From positions 49,341 through 113,340 of IMG/VR virus record IMGVR_UViG_3300033073_001635: DNA of 64,000 nt; one strand, written 5' to 3'. The stretch comes from a virus (taxonomy: Duplodnaviria > Caudoviricetes). Positions 20,901 through 29,801 of the stretch are shown here, piece by piece (the first letter of the stretch is position 1; each line of letters starts with the position of its first letter). Below the pieces are notes generated by a model. That model saw nothing but the letters and a program-made list of their open reading frames with translations, was not told the DNA's origin and did not search any database. The position numbers and the translations under genes were made by a program.

Positions 20901-23900
20901 AATCTGTCGTTGCATACCCCCTAACATGTGTTGTAATTGTTTTACATGATACATTGCTTGATTTACTTTATTTGTTTGATCAACTTCTTCAGTTGAAGTA
21001 GATGCTTCTCTTAAAAAAGCAAAAATATCATTTACTTTTCTATATAATTCAGATTCAATTTTTAAATCTTTTTGATTACTTTTAATTTCAACACCAGAAA
21101 CAACATCTAAAACATTGCTTAAAGGCACTACAATTTCAGTTTTAGTTTCGCCAATTTGTTTTAAAAAGCTTTGATATGCAGCAGTATTTATATTTTCATT
21201 ACCTTCAACACCTCTAAGAAACATTTGTTGAATATCCATAACAAAGCCCATGGCTTGAGGATTTAATTCTTGTTGTTCTTTTAAAAAATTACTTAAAGCG
21301 GTAGCTGAATCAATATCAACATTTGCTCTTAAAAACTTTTTAGTAAATTCTTCATCGGCTCTAAACAAATAACCTTGACCTACAAAATCATCAATTGAAT
21401 GTTTCAAAGCACCTGCATCCATACTGGGATGCAATGACTGCCCCATTAATAGCAATGGTGTCATTGCTTGAGCTTTTTCAGCAACACCAGATTGTTTTGA
21501 AAATAATTCAGCCATATATTCTGCTGCTTCATCTTCATTCATTTGAAACATACCCATTAAATTACCCATTACAAAGTTAGCAAAACGAGGTTCTACTCTA
21601 GCCATTCTATCTTTGTTAATAGTAGATTGTGTACCAGCAAATGTAGACATTGCACCAATAAAAAATCCTCTTTCAGCAGTTTCAAAAACTACTTTTTGTT
21701 GCTCAGCAGTTAATCTTGTATTAGCTAAAAGACCTTTTAATTGATCTTTAAAAGCAACGGCTTTTTTACCAGGTTCAGTTGCTGGTTCTTTTAAATTATG
21801 GTACGCAGGAATTAACAAGTTTCCTAAAACTTCAGGAGTTACTTGTTGAGCTGTTGCGCCTGATGCAGTAGGTAATTCAGCATTATCAGCAATTAAATTA
21901 GAAAAAGTTTCAATGATATTTTCTGCTACAATCTTTTGATATTTAGGTGCATGCTGTTTTACCTTTGTATCCATTTCAGCAGCTTCAATTTTTCCTTGCA
22001 TATTAAAAACATTAGATTCAATAAAATCATCAGCATAACCTAACATTTTTAAAGAACCATAAAGTAAAGAAGACAAAAATTGTGGGCCCTTTGTAACAAC
22101 GTCCATACCTGCTAACATTGTACTTTCAATTTTACCACCAAATGTTTTCATATAAGTATTTTCAAAAAAACGACTAGCTTCTTGCATTGCAGCTTCTCTA
22201 TTTATAAATTTTCCAGTAACTGGATCTTTTTTATATAAAGCCTGCGCTAAAACATTTTTCATACCACCTTCATCAAGTATTTGTTCTTCACCAAAGAAAA
22301 CACCCTTAACAGCTTCTGAAAATATCTTACCTTCATGACTACCATAAACTTCACCAGCAATACTAAACATACCAGTTCTTTCAGTATTAACATTGGTATT
22401 CATTTTTAACTTCAAACCCATCATGCCTTTTTGTTTTTTTATCAAAGTAGGCATGTTATCTTTAAAACCTAAAACTAGATTTCCATCTTTATCTCCATAA
22501 TTTTTAAAAAAAGTTTCTAATTCACTTCCAAACAAATTAACTTCTTCACCAGCTAATATCTTTTGAAAAACATCAGATTCATAAATACTTAGATTAGTCA
22601 TCCCCTTAGTATATTGAAAAGATTTTTGTAAAGGTTCTGATACTAAATGCATACCACCTCTATATTGCATTGCATCTGCCAAACCTAATCTTTGACCTTT
22701 TTTAGCATTACTATTGAAATCTATAATTACACCAGTATTTGCACCTACTAAATCTAAATTTTGAAATTCTTTACCAACTACTAATAAATCAGCACCTTTA
22801 GTTGCAGATGTTTTAATAGAACCAGTTCTACCAAAACTTAAAGATTGCATTCCTCTTTGCATATCTTCAAAGGTTTCAAATTTAGTATTTGCAGGAAAAT
22901 AACCAAGCATAGCTTCTGGTTTAGCAAATAACTGAGCAATACGTGCAGAACCAGGTAATAAAGATTGATCTTTAATACCATGAGTTCTAGCAATATTATA
23001 AGGTATCACTGCAGGATTAGAAACGTTTTGACGTCCAAGAATTGCATTTGGATCAAGTATTACAGCTTGTTGTTCAAAAGAAGTGCTCTTTAATTCCTTT
23101 CTAATTGTACCTGCTTGACCTTGTGCAGGACCAAAAATACCAATATTTAAAGATACTAATTCATTTAAATCTACAGGAAATTGACCACCTGTTTTACCTC
23201 TATTAAAAAAATAAGCAGTATTTGACATTATTTGAATGCCGTGCTTTTGTTGAATACCAGCATAACCAAAATTCATTTGACCATGCGTAGGGTAATATTG
23301 AGTTAAACCAGAAAGAACTTCCATAAAAGAATTTCTTTCAGCTTGATTCATATAATGAATGTCTTCTGGAGAATAAGTTTTTAATAAATTAATTGCAAAA
23401 TCTTCAAAAGAAGATTTAGGCATTTTTTTTGCAAAAATATTTCTAGCAATTTTTTGTTTTTCAGCAAGATTCGCACCCTTACTAACTTCAGCAAAATCTG
23501 CTGCATCAAAATAATGATTATGTGCAACCTTTGCATTTCCGTAATCACTAGATAATCTTACATATCTTCCATGTGTACCTTCAGCAGCCATTAAAGGAAT
23601 TATTAATGGTTGTTTTGAAGATCTATTATGAGTAGAACTTATTCTAGCATAAACACCATATGCATCTTCATTAGCTTCTTTTATAATATCAAAAGAAACT
23701 TTAAAATTAGGATTATTATTTCCCAATCTCAAATGATCACTAATTATATTAAATCTATTTAGAACAGTGTTCTTTACTTCGTTACTTTTACCTTTAAAAA
23801 TACTCCATAGCTGATCATCTTGTAAAGATGATGCAGTTAAATTTTGTTTATGATAAATTGTATTCACATTCTTTTGCGCACTAAAAGTTTCGAATGGATT

Positions 23901-24596
23901 AGTGATAGTTACATTTCCACCATTATTAGTTCTTCGAGAGCTAGTAGATATTAAATGTGCAACACTAGAATTTTTTTGATGTAAACTAACATATTTTTCT
24001 TCGAGCGTTTTATTACTTCTAATTGAATCTAAAAAACCTGCTATATCTGCTTTGTCAGCATCACTCATTCTAGAAGAATCTTCAATTGCACCTCGAACCT
24101 TTGTTATTAATTTAGCTTTAGCTTCTTCATCTAAAGCTAAATCAGGATCATTAACCATATCTAATATAACTGATAAATGACTAATTCTTTGATTTTCTTT
24201 TGCAGCTAAAATTTCATCTAATTTTGATCGAGCATCTACAGTAGCCATTTCATCAAATAAATTAAGTGTAACTTCTTTTGCTTTCTCTTTTGCTAAAGCA
24301 TTTCTAGCTTGATAATCACTAATTGATCTATCTCTAATAGCTTTACCAATTTTTCTAGTAGGTAATGCAGTGTCTTCCTTTATCCCACTAGAATTCATAA
24401 AATTAGTTAAATTTCTAACACCAGGAATAGGGTTCTTCATATTAGGATTATCATTTGCAAATCCTAAGTAACCTGCACCTAAAACAAAAGAAGCACCACC
24501 AATAGTTTTTAAAACATCAAAACTATTTCTTGCAAAAGCTCTACGTTCTTCTGTGTCTTTTTTATAAACATTATAAATTAAACTTGGATTTGTCAT
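14928..24596 (-). CDS. Putative single-chain two-barrel (DPBB) RNA polymerase, probably virion-associated
   Basis: Catalytic GDFDGD (D2780-D2784, nt 16245-16259), FRNPQL RxP motif (R1354), beta-like lysine pair GKIFSEAVKG (K757/K764); located in the tail operon. Confidence 0.7.
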   Translation of the reverse strand: MTNPSLIYNVYKKDTEERRAFARNSFDVLKTIGGASFVLGAGYLGFANDNPNMKNPIPGVRNLTNFMNSSGIKEDTALPTRKIGKAIRDRSISDYQARNALAKEKAKEVTLNLFDEMATVDARSKLDEILAAKENQRISHLSVILDMVNDPDLALDEEAKAKLITKVRGAIEDSSRMSDADKADIAGFLDSIRSNKTLEEKYVSLHQKNSSVAHLISTSSRRTNNGGNVTITNPFETFSAQKNVNTIYHKQNLTASSLQDDQLWSIFKGKSNEVKNTVLNRFNIISDHLRLGNNNPNFKVSFDIIKEANEDAYGVYARISSTHNRSSKQPLIIPLMAAEGTHGRYVRLSSDYGNAKVAHNHYFDAADFAEVSKGANLAEKQKIARNIFAKKMPKSSFEDFAINLLKTYSPEDIHYMNQAERNSFMEVLSGLTQYYPTHGQMNFGYAGIQQKHGIQIMSNTAYFFNRGKTGGQFPVDLNELVSLNIGIFGPAQGQAGTIRKELKSTSFEQQAVILDPNAILGRQNVSNPAVIPYNIARTHGIKDQSLLPGSARIAQLFAKPEAMLGYFPANTKFETFEDMQRGMQSLSFGRTGSIKTSATKGADLLVVGKEFQNLDLVGANTGVIIDFNSNAKKGQRLGLADAMQYRGGMHLVSEPLQKSFQYTKGMTNLSIYESDVFQKILAGEEVNLFGSELETFFKNYGDKDGNLVLGFKDNMPTLIKKQKGMMGLKLKMNTNVNTERTGMFSIAGEVYGSHEGKIFSEAVKGVFFGEEQILDEGGMKNVLAQALYKKDPVTGKFINREAAMQEASRFFENTYMKTFGGKIESTMLAGMDVVTKGPQFLSSLLYGSLKMLGYADDFIESNVFNMQGKIEAAEMDTKVKQHAPKYQKIVAENIIETFSNLIADNAELPTASGATAQQVTPEVLGNLLIPAYHNLKEPATEPGKKAVAFKDQLKGLLANTRLTAEQQKVVFETAERGFFIGAMSTFAGTQSTINKDRMARVEPRFANFVMGNLMGMFQMNEDEAAEYMAELFSKQSGVAEKAQAMTPLLLMGQSLHPSMDAGALKHSIDDFVGQGYLFRADEEFTKKFLRANVDIDSATALSNFLKEQQELNPQAMGFVMDIQQMFLRGVEGNENINTAAYQSFLKQIGETKTEIVVPLSNVLDVVSGVEIKSNQKDLKIESELYRKVNDIFAFLREASTSTEEVDQTNKVNQAMYHVKQLQHMLGGMQRQILAGRMSGSATLEGKGVRLGDPEKDQITRFVSDDLDNAKILQKMNAAFIESNGYNMFLDTQAFMYASKTFNAQDPTEKRELYKKFLFGMEEDVLQISDGTMRIVNSLENGSFKPQGISGINFRNPQLGMSHIALNIDMYKYIGENLPESHYSDVLNYNTKGQIFLSSLSEFMGNNSAFRDKIIQNGGEDVINYIDQSIQSAADSGNNFSFLNFKTLNVLNQLNKTGIFKDLSFDFQKTTMEYLTNKRNKIESNVSNLNERIFNLQTAYQRNVKGIENTLNSNLISSYENLQERIAKARFFSNQKQQKQERLAGNIQQKQDFIQTLRQQRSEMFKGNFSYTRINKDTNVEESVDRVGKGFLNYYKQKSSNIKDIKNDRNRRLQAGRLLGKDSRYAYNSLNPNMILDSTGTSFENVGDQIKRTDALDRYYRGYGYDNTYEEAIIKNYREIDLQSHRLKLLLTQSKRSKSNLEKLNKQRDFQKVIINSFGGHEEEILSQIEVLHQSGKNKGKPMLDKFGKPVYKTQTEKFLNLTIIHPDFPITNKEILETFGSHEFYNRTKIEEFNKVFESMKDTMQSDEANAFFKNKKARLNLFDFLYEMNNSDLSFEERTQLENKGLGRARVAKRFIPFIDSLDDDAQKVFYEHDGSDFLKDSEGNKIRKIITFDRESKTVTRNGKERTYSGFNYIKYNIENIDENGNLIDYADPNDPNKTIVKYISDKNKQVSVNSKTVYTYLENYIQQLSSDPTEHSDLNDNPIYKAFFKIFNYKKMNEKASSINKEIKTLQEAYAHFGYSPALAEDVIQKGLNRFLNDSKLYRESLKENLNLKRPISPTEINSQAISDIFALQDFGLQQNRTLGVDTDQLDLLELPRFLHEVKDDFAELLFTSDYLRRDVSNNFTAMTYDENGKLIPFSKLHKQEKKKAIESLFSFVKTLMEDPDVPTTNHFHATSMLFDLLENLKEGKYQDQITNTSNSEAKIQEFTLKKQFVESMIQGKTKGANNFVNSMLYYAQSIIPKMLIREEQEIYQARKDFLQSFFSDEYDYHVVDDEGKFVRNITDSDEDKALIKAFQDNLKQNPDQTTFGKISATRLMKPFEELDDDQKEFYKNHLENKVEEALGEKQKKALSKVKIIKGYELGPDGKPDKTKPTYHDESKQYSTLEELDEDISKYEAEERTKYKVGRINKNAQLIKEEEEKLATLQEKAKEARREKFNIDSSIDELENNGLSRKTSANFYYEELASDFDEYDTDGNIIKKGELKNLAIDTEGNVILDSEGKPTYVNALDDMGMPITSRQPETFLGKSDIILGLEAFTEEEEINLTKYNQETGESEIVYKTNYDPETGTHIPTDEPERITVKKVNKDLLKNFIRAHNYFTEMDELIYDDFYHEEDEAYYVEHDDVRTKQEQLLEKVKNNEDNLLQKLDDFEQGDSQRLLYKPILRSPRNMDLTTLEQNEKIEKLQGFIEEENVKISEIDNKIANIDLTEEKQYHSLDDIINEAVDLYDQNYTRATGLGAGRAVYPEFETTFKFENTKDPSNTFDIKVRTDISRAAVGDFDGDIYQIILNNEKTSNAFKGQIQRNIREMQKTGAMMVVNMEIAKKAMSKVAERMDVANITYQDLLKSESSKERILKAGTGSVDVAVKKVAVGAAYNLAKGNMNLNDFRKTDLAAQLLISASQESVVIKSKSLDLATNIGELFTKTLNTAFETGDTTDFENFMRGTVFKDTDFLNDLIVKNVSVENMPEPLASAYTEGLNKERITFNLDDIFEGLRNIIKTVKANNLSPYASDNMLGALMSAGKNKRFTNEDYLKLVRNFDVLEAAVGSQGLSTPEQQALFENLLGNRQSNVLNMIGDNIANLSNMKMTAATAAVVGASYLLSSSYDTEELRPEEIFTDTRVNEKIKNRELAQVQNYNSDVSMSPDSMQRPFYKDMVGRVQSPGSTMLARNQSYLIKGNVRNIEEANYMNKIALQNGGSSSIMINDNRRPLTGGYLDQLMGE

Positions 24597-24599
24597 TTA

Positions 24600-27500
24600 T
24601 CAGTATCCACTTCTATAAGAATTAATGAATGCATTTATTTCATTTTGTCTATCATCGTTATACATCAATTGTGTTCTATTTTGAAAATCACTTGTTGTAT
24701 TTACAGTAAAATTACTATTTAATCTTTCATATGGGTTTGCATATCTTAACAAACTATCAACCATACCTCTATTTGAAAAAGACTCTTCATACATAAATTC
24801 ATGTGCTTTATTTAAAGCATGATGTCTTTTTACACGTCTAGCTTGAGAATCCCAAAGATCATAATCTCTCATTTCGTCCCCTAAAGAAGCAACATAATTT
24901 ACTTTTATATCATTTATATCTACTTCTTTATTCCAACCAACCCAATCAGGTTCAGGCATAGGATATTCTCCCATATCTAAGTTAGAATATTGTTCTTGTA
25001 GATATCGCTCATCATATCTTGGTTTTTCTTCAATCAAAGAAGTAGGATCTATACCTGCATCAAGATTACTCCATAATCCTTGATACAAGTGCTGTTGATC
25101 TTCTGGAATCATTTCCAAAATTCTATCTCGCTCAGATCCTTGTGCATTTGCAAATGCATCAAAAAATTTCTTTTCTTCACTAGGCAAAGACATATAGATA
25201 CTTAAAGGATCACCATAGGGATTTACACCAGCTCTAGTTTTGGCTGCTTGTGCTAACATTTGTTTCTTCTCATACATGCTGCCAGCCTGTTGAGAAAGAT
25301 TCATGAATTTGTAAAAATTCAATTGATCATATTGTTTAGACAGTGCTTCTCTATTTTCAACATATCCTGGCTTACCTTCCCAGCCTAAAGCATTCAATCC
25401 TGAATAAAATGCGGGTCTAACCCAATCTCTAATTGGTTTATCCCAAAAAGCTAATTGAGTACCATACAACCTTTCATACTCATATTGATCAATTGCATCT
25501 CTCTCTCCACCAAGTAATTTTTGTGCAGGTCTAAAACCAAAAGGAACAACAGATTCAACAGGTTGTGCTATCGTTCTAATACCTTCTTTTAATTGATAAT
25601 AACCTGCTTGAGTTACATCTGATAAAACAGGTATTTTTATTTGATTCTCGTAACCTTTAAATTCTTGCATGCCTAATACTTTAGCATGAGATTCCGCAAC
25701 CATATCCATTAAATTGTTTTCAAATTCACTAGTGATTCCAGCAGCTCTTCTTTCATAAAGTTGATTTCTTAATTTAACAACTTCTCTAGAAGTAGGGTCT
25801 ACATCTGCTAATATTTTATATTTAAATACATCAGGATAATCTTCTGGTTCAAATCCTTCTAGTACTGGAAATACAGCTTCAAAACCTTCACCAGGTAATC
25901 TAGCATAGGCATTTTGTATTTTTGTATATGGGTCGCCTCTTCTAAATTTATCAGGCATCCATGATGGCATAGTATTACTGATTGGATTATATTGTTCTAT
26001 TTCTTTTTTTGGTCTTGGATACAAACGTCTAAGTGCTTCAGACATAAACATCATACCCCCAAGATCTTTGTCCCAAAAAGCCGCAATTGAAGAATCTATT
26101 TGATTAGCACTAGCTAATACAGGATAATCTGTTCCATATATTTCTCTTCCGGTAACTGCTTTCTGAACCATATTTTTAACCCAACCAGTTAAACCTTCAA
26201 GTTCTCTAAATTGATATTGAATTTTACCAGGAAGTAATTTTCCTTCATAAGGTGAAATTGGTGGACCATTTGGTGTAGTACCACCAATTTCTCTTGTAGT
26301 ACCAACTTCAGGAGGATAATAATATTCTAATTCATTATTATCATTTACACGCATATATTCATTAGCATGCATTATCTTTGCTGGTTTTATTAAACGACCA
26401 ATAGTATGAGCCAGAATGGGTCCAAGAATAGGAACATTTTCAAAAGCAACACCAGTAATAGGATAAGGTCTATCATAAAAATGTTTTTCTTCTAAATGAT
26501 AAGTAAAGTTTTTTAAGAACCATTTAGATATAGGATTGTATTGTTCGTCTTCTTCTCCCCAAATAGATTTTTCTTCTGCTCTAGTCATTAATAAATGATA
26601 TGCATGTGGTCTTGAATATAAGACATCAGAACCTTCATAAGGCAAGCCACCACCTTCCCAGAATCTACCCTTTCTAACATCAACAAATTTATTACCACTA
26701 TATATCTCTTTTAATTCCCCTGGATTTTCCATTGTACCTAAAAGACTACCTGTCATTACTGAATGTAATAAGAAACCCCCAGCAAAAACAGTACCTAGTC
26801 TTCTAAAAAATGGAGTGTAATCAATTGATCTTGCAAGAGTATCAAATTCATCACCTTGCATAGTTGCACCTTGCATTGCATGATAAAACTCAGTAGCAAA
26901 TATCTCCATTCTTTCCATAATAGGTGCAAAAAGACTTTTACTGTTTAAATATGAAGCTTTAATACTTTCAACTCTATTCAATAAAGAGTAGTTCAAAAAA
27001 TTCTTAGTATTTTGTCTATCGTATACTCTTGTTTTTATTAAATTATGGATTTCATTATCAAAATCTAGTCTTCTGGATCTTGCTGTAATATCATCTTCGT
27101 TATTAAAAAATTCTTCAGTAATTATTTTAAAAAAATTATTTAAAAGGTTACTTTTACCAGTAGTTTCCATATTAACTGAAGAATATTCACCTACTCTACT
27201 ATTTAAAATATCAAAGTATCTTTTAAATACTGGAGATGTTCTTAATAAATTTTGTTTATTTGCTTTTAATGTTTCTAGTTCTTTATTTAAAGTTTCAATT
27301 TTACTTGCATCAGTAGGATTTACTTTAGAAATTACTTCATTTAAATTTTTAATTTGAGAATTTAAATTTTTAAAATTAGATTGTAAATCACTTAAACCTT
27401 CTATTTTATCTTGGTTTTGAAAAAATGTACCAAATATAGGATTGTACTTTTCAAATATTTCTGATTCAGTTTCGTAAAATAATTCTTTCAAAAGATTAAA

Positions 27501-29084
27501 ATGTTCAGTCTTTTTATCTGCACCAAGTATCAACCCCTTTTTATTTCGATACATATCTATCATGTTTCCAGTTGTTAAATCTGGAACTTGCATAAAACCA
27601 TATCTATTTAAAAATTTTTTAGGTAGTAAAGGTTTTGATTTTTCATCTAATAATCTATCTCTAAGGATATTAGAGTATGCTAACCCAACAGTAGCCAAAC
27701 CTACACCAATACCAATTGATGGATCAGTAAATCCTGGAAGTAATCCTTCAATACCTCTTCTATAAAAACTCATACCAGTAGCTAATCCAAGATAACTTCT
27801 ACCAACGTCTAAAGATGTAAACATAGTAGCTATACCTGGTACCAAACCTTCACTAAAGCCAGGTAACATTTGCATACCAAATGCAGCAATACCAATTTGT
27901 AAAGGTTTAAATTTTCTGGTTGCTGCTTCAGTCACAGAACCATACAAATGACTAGCTCCATAAGCTAAAGCACTACTTATAATTAAATGACTTGGAGTAT
28001 CAAATTTTCTTCTATAATGATCTATTGTTTCCAACCCTAAATAAGCTGCAGATAAAGCAGTAGCTTTAGCACCTAAAGAAAAAAATTGTTTATATGCTGG
28101 GCCAGGTGTAGTTCTTAAATTCAAATGTAATTTATCAGCAACCTTACCAACAAAATCTCCAAGTACAGGCACTTGATCAGCAGTAGCAGATAAAAGCCTA
28201 TTGAATCTGTTAAAACCAAAATTTAAATAAGAAGTTAAATATGCAGTGCGTCTTTTTAAATCAGGTATACTTTCTAATGAACCTCCAATTGATGGAATTA
28301 AAGAAAATTTAGCTGCACTCTTAATATTTCCATGTGCGTCTACTTCTGAAAATATCTTATTGAGTGCGCCTTCTTTTTGTGGAAGTTTACTTGGTATTTC
28401 TAAACTTTGTTGCACAGCTACATTTGCTGGATTTGGTTTTTGTTCAATATCAGCTGAAGTTAAAATATCATAAGCGTCTGCATTATAACCTCTAAACATC
28501 AACATAACTTCATCAGAAACTAACTCTTGATGTATTAATTCTTTTTGTGCATTAAAAGAACGTAAAAATAATTTACCCCTACCAGTATTGTCTAATTCTT
28601 GTTCGTATCGAAGTTCATGATTAATATCAACTGTTGGAATATCTATTTTATTTGCAATTTTTTGATAAGCTTTTTCTCCTAGAATTTCTTTTAAAGCAAC
28701 TTTCGTTTCGTTATTATCAAAATGTTTTTGTTGAAAAGTGTATTGACCAATTTGTTTTTTATTAGATGCATCTACACTGCGTTCTACACCTAAACCTAAA
28801 CCTTTAGGTGACATATATGGTGACATAAACTCTGGAATACGGAAAGTATTAAGTACGCCAAAAGTAAAAGGCAAAGTATTAAGTGTATTGCGCAATTGTT
28901 TTTGAACTAAATCATACGCAGTGTTTTTACCTTGAGCTAAATTGTATTGCGAAAGTTTTTTTGCTCCAAAATAACCAGCTACATAAACTGAATTTTCTAC
29001 TAAAAATTCAAATAAGAAACTATTTTCTGGAGGCGTACCTTCAGCGGTAAAGTAACCTCTACCACGACCTTCTGCTTGTTGCAT
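24600..29084 (-). CDS. Probable tape measure / ejected virion protein
   Basis: 1494 aa, directly after the tail chaperone genes; several Gly/Ala-rich hydrophobic helices and a coiled-coil segment. Confidence 0.5.
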   Translation of the reverse strand: MQQAEGRGRGYFTAEGTPPENSFLFEFLVENSVYVAGYFGAKKLSQYNLAQGKNTAYDLVQKQLRNTLNTLPFTFGVLNTFRIPEFMSPYMSPKGLGLGVERSVDASNKKQIGQYTFQQKHFDNNETKVALKEILGEKAYQKIANKIDIPTVDINHELRYEQELDNTGRGKLFLRSFNAQKELIHQELVSDEVMLMFRGYNADAYDILTSADIEQKPNPANVAVQQSLEIPSKLPQKEGALNKIFSEVDAHGNIKSAAKFSLIPSIGGSLESIPDLKRRTAYLTSYLNFGFNRFNRLLSATADQVPVLGDFVGKVADKLHLNLRTTPGPAYKQFFSLGAKATALSAAYLGLETIDHYRRKFDTPSHLIISSALAYGASHLYGSVTEAATRKFKPLQIGIAAFGMQMLPGFSEGLVPGIATMFTSLDVGRSYLGLATGMSFYRRGIEGLLPGFTDPSIGIGVGLATVGLAYSNILRDRLLDEKSKPLLPKKFLNRYGFMQVPDLTTGNMIDMYRNKKGLILGADKKTEHFNLLKELFYETESEIFEKYNPIFGTFFQNQDKIEGLSDLQSNFKNLNSQIKNLNEVISKVNPTDASKIETLNKELETLKANKQNLLRTSPVFKRYFDILNSRVGEYSSVNMETTGKSNLLNNFFKIITEEFFNNEDDITARSRRLDFDNEIHNLIKTRVYDRQNTKNFLNYSLLNRVESIKASYLNSKSLFAPIMERMEIFATEFYHAMQGATMQGDEFDTLARSIDYTPFFRRLGTVFAGGFLLHSVMTGSLLGTMENPGELKEIYSGNKFVDVRKGRFWEGGGLPYEGSDVLYSRPHAYHLLMTRAEEKSIWGEEDEQYNPISKWFLKNFTYHLEEKHFYDRPYPITGVAFENVPILGPILAHTIGRLIKPAKIMHANEYMRVNDNNELEYYYPPEVGTTREIGGTTPNGPPISPYEGKLLPGKIQYQFRELEGLTGWVKNMVQKAVTGREIYGTDYPVLASANQIDSSIAAFWDKDLGGMMFMSEALRRLYPRPKKEIEQYNPISNTMPSWMPDKFRRGDPYTKIQNAYARLPGEGFEAVFPVLEGFEPEDYPDVFKYKILADVDPTSREVVKLRNQLYERRAAGITSEFENNLMDMVAESHAKVLGMQEFKGYENQIKIPVLSDVTQAGYYQLKEGIRTIAQPVESVVPFGFRPAQKLLGGERDAIDQYEYERLYGTQLAFWDKPIRDWVRPAFYSGLNALGWEGKPGYVENREALSKQYDQLNFYKFMNLSQQAGSMYEKKQMLAQAAKTRAGVNPYGDPLSIYMSLPSEEKKFFDAFANAQGSERDRILEMIPEDQQHLYQGLWSNLDAGIDPTSLIEEKPRYDERYLQEQYSNLDMGEYPMPEPDWVGWNKEVDINDIKVNYVASLGDEMRDYDLWDSQARRVKRHHALNKAHEFMYEESFSNRGMVDSLLRYANPYERLNSNFTVNTTSDFQNRTQLMYNDDRQNEINAFINSYRSGY

Positions 29085-29086
29085 TA

Positions 29087-29800
29087 TTAACCCCGTTTAT
29101 GTCTAGCGTCTAATTCTCTTAACATTTTTAATTTTAATTCTTCTTCTCGTTCTTTTCTATATTTTTCTTCAGCTTCTTGCTTTTCCCAATAACCAACTGA
29201 ACTTTCCAAAGTAGACATATCAGAAGCAACAGCACTTACATCAATATTACTATGTACAATCTCTTTTTCCTTCTCTTTTTCTTTAGGTGGTGAATTTACA
29301 GAATCATATAGAGCTTTTAAATCTAAGCGTTTAAAATTAGGTGTTGTTTTTGTCATTACATTTTCTGCAACAACAAATAGCTCAACAAATTCATCTTGAG
29401 TCATTTGTTCAATTTCAGATAATTTATATGATTTAAAAACATTTAATATAACTGAACGCATATGCTCATAAACAGTGCCTAAACTATTCTTTTTTCTGAC
29501 TTTAGCTATTTTAAATAGAATATCAGTTTGCTTTTCTTCAGTACTTAATTTTAAAGCTAATTGACCAATAGTTATTAAATAACCAATTGGTGTTTTTTCG
29601 CTTAAATAAGATGTATCTCCAATATATACTAATTTAAATATTTCTTCATATAAAATTAAAGGCATCATACTTTTGCTTTCCATAATACCAATAAAGATTT
29701 TGCTTTCCTTAATAGTAAGATTCCTAAATACAAAACTTTGTTTTCCAAAGTTAATTTTATAATAAGTATGATTTGATTTAATTCTATCTAAAAAGTTCAT
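29087..29800 (-). CDS. Putative tail assembly chaperone
   Basis: FVFRNLTIKE motif, helical C-terminus, position between tube genes and tape measure. Confidence 0.5.
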   Translation of the reverse strand: MNFLDRIKSNHTYYKINFGKQSFVFRNLTIKESKIFIGIMESKSMMPLILYEEIFKLVYIGDTSYLSEKTPIGYLITIGQLALKLSTEEKQTDILFKIAKVRKKNSLGTVYEHMRSVILNVFKSYKLSEIEQMTQDEFVELFVVAENVMTKTTPNFKRLDLKALYDSVNSPPKEKEKEKEIVHSNIDVSAVASDMSTLESSVGYWEKQEAEEKYRKEREEELKLKMLRELDARHKRG

Positions 29801-29801
29801 T

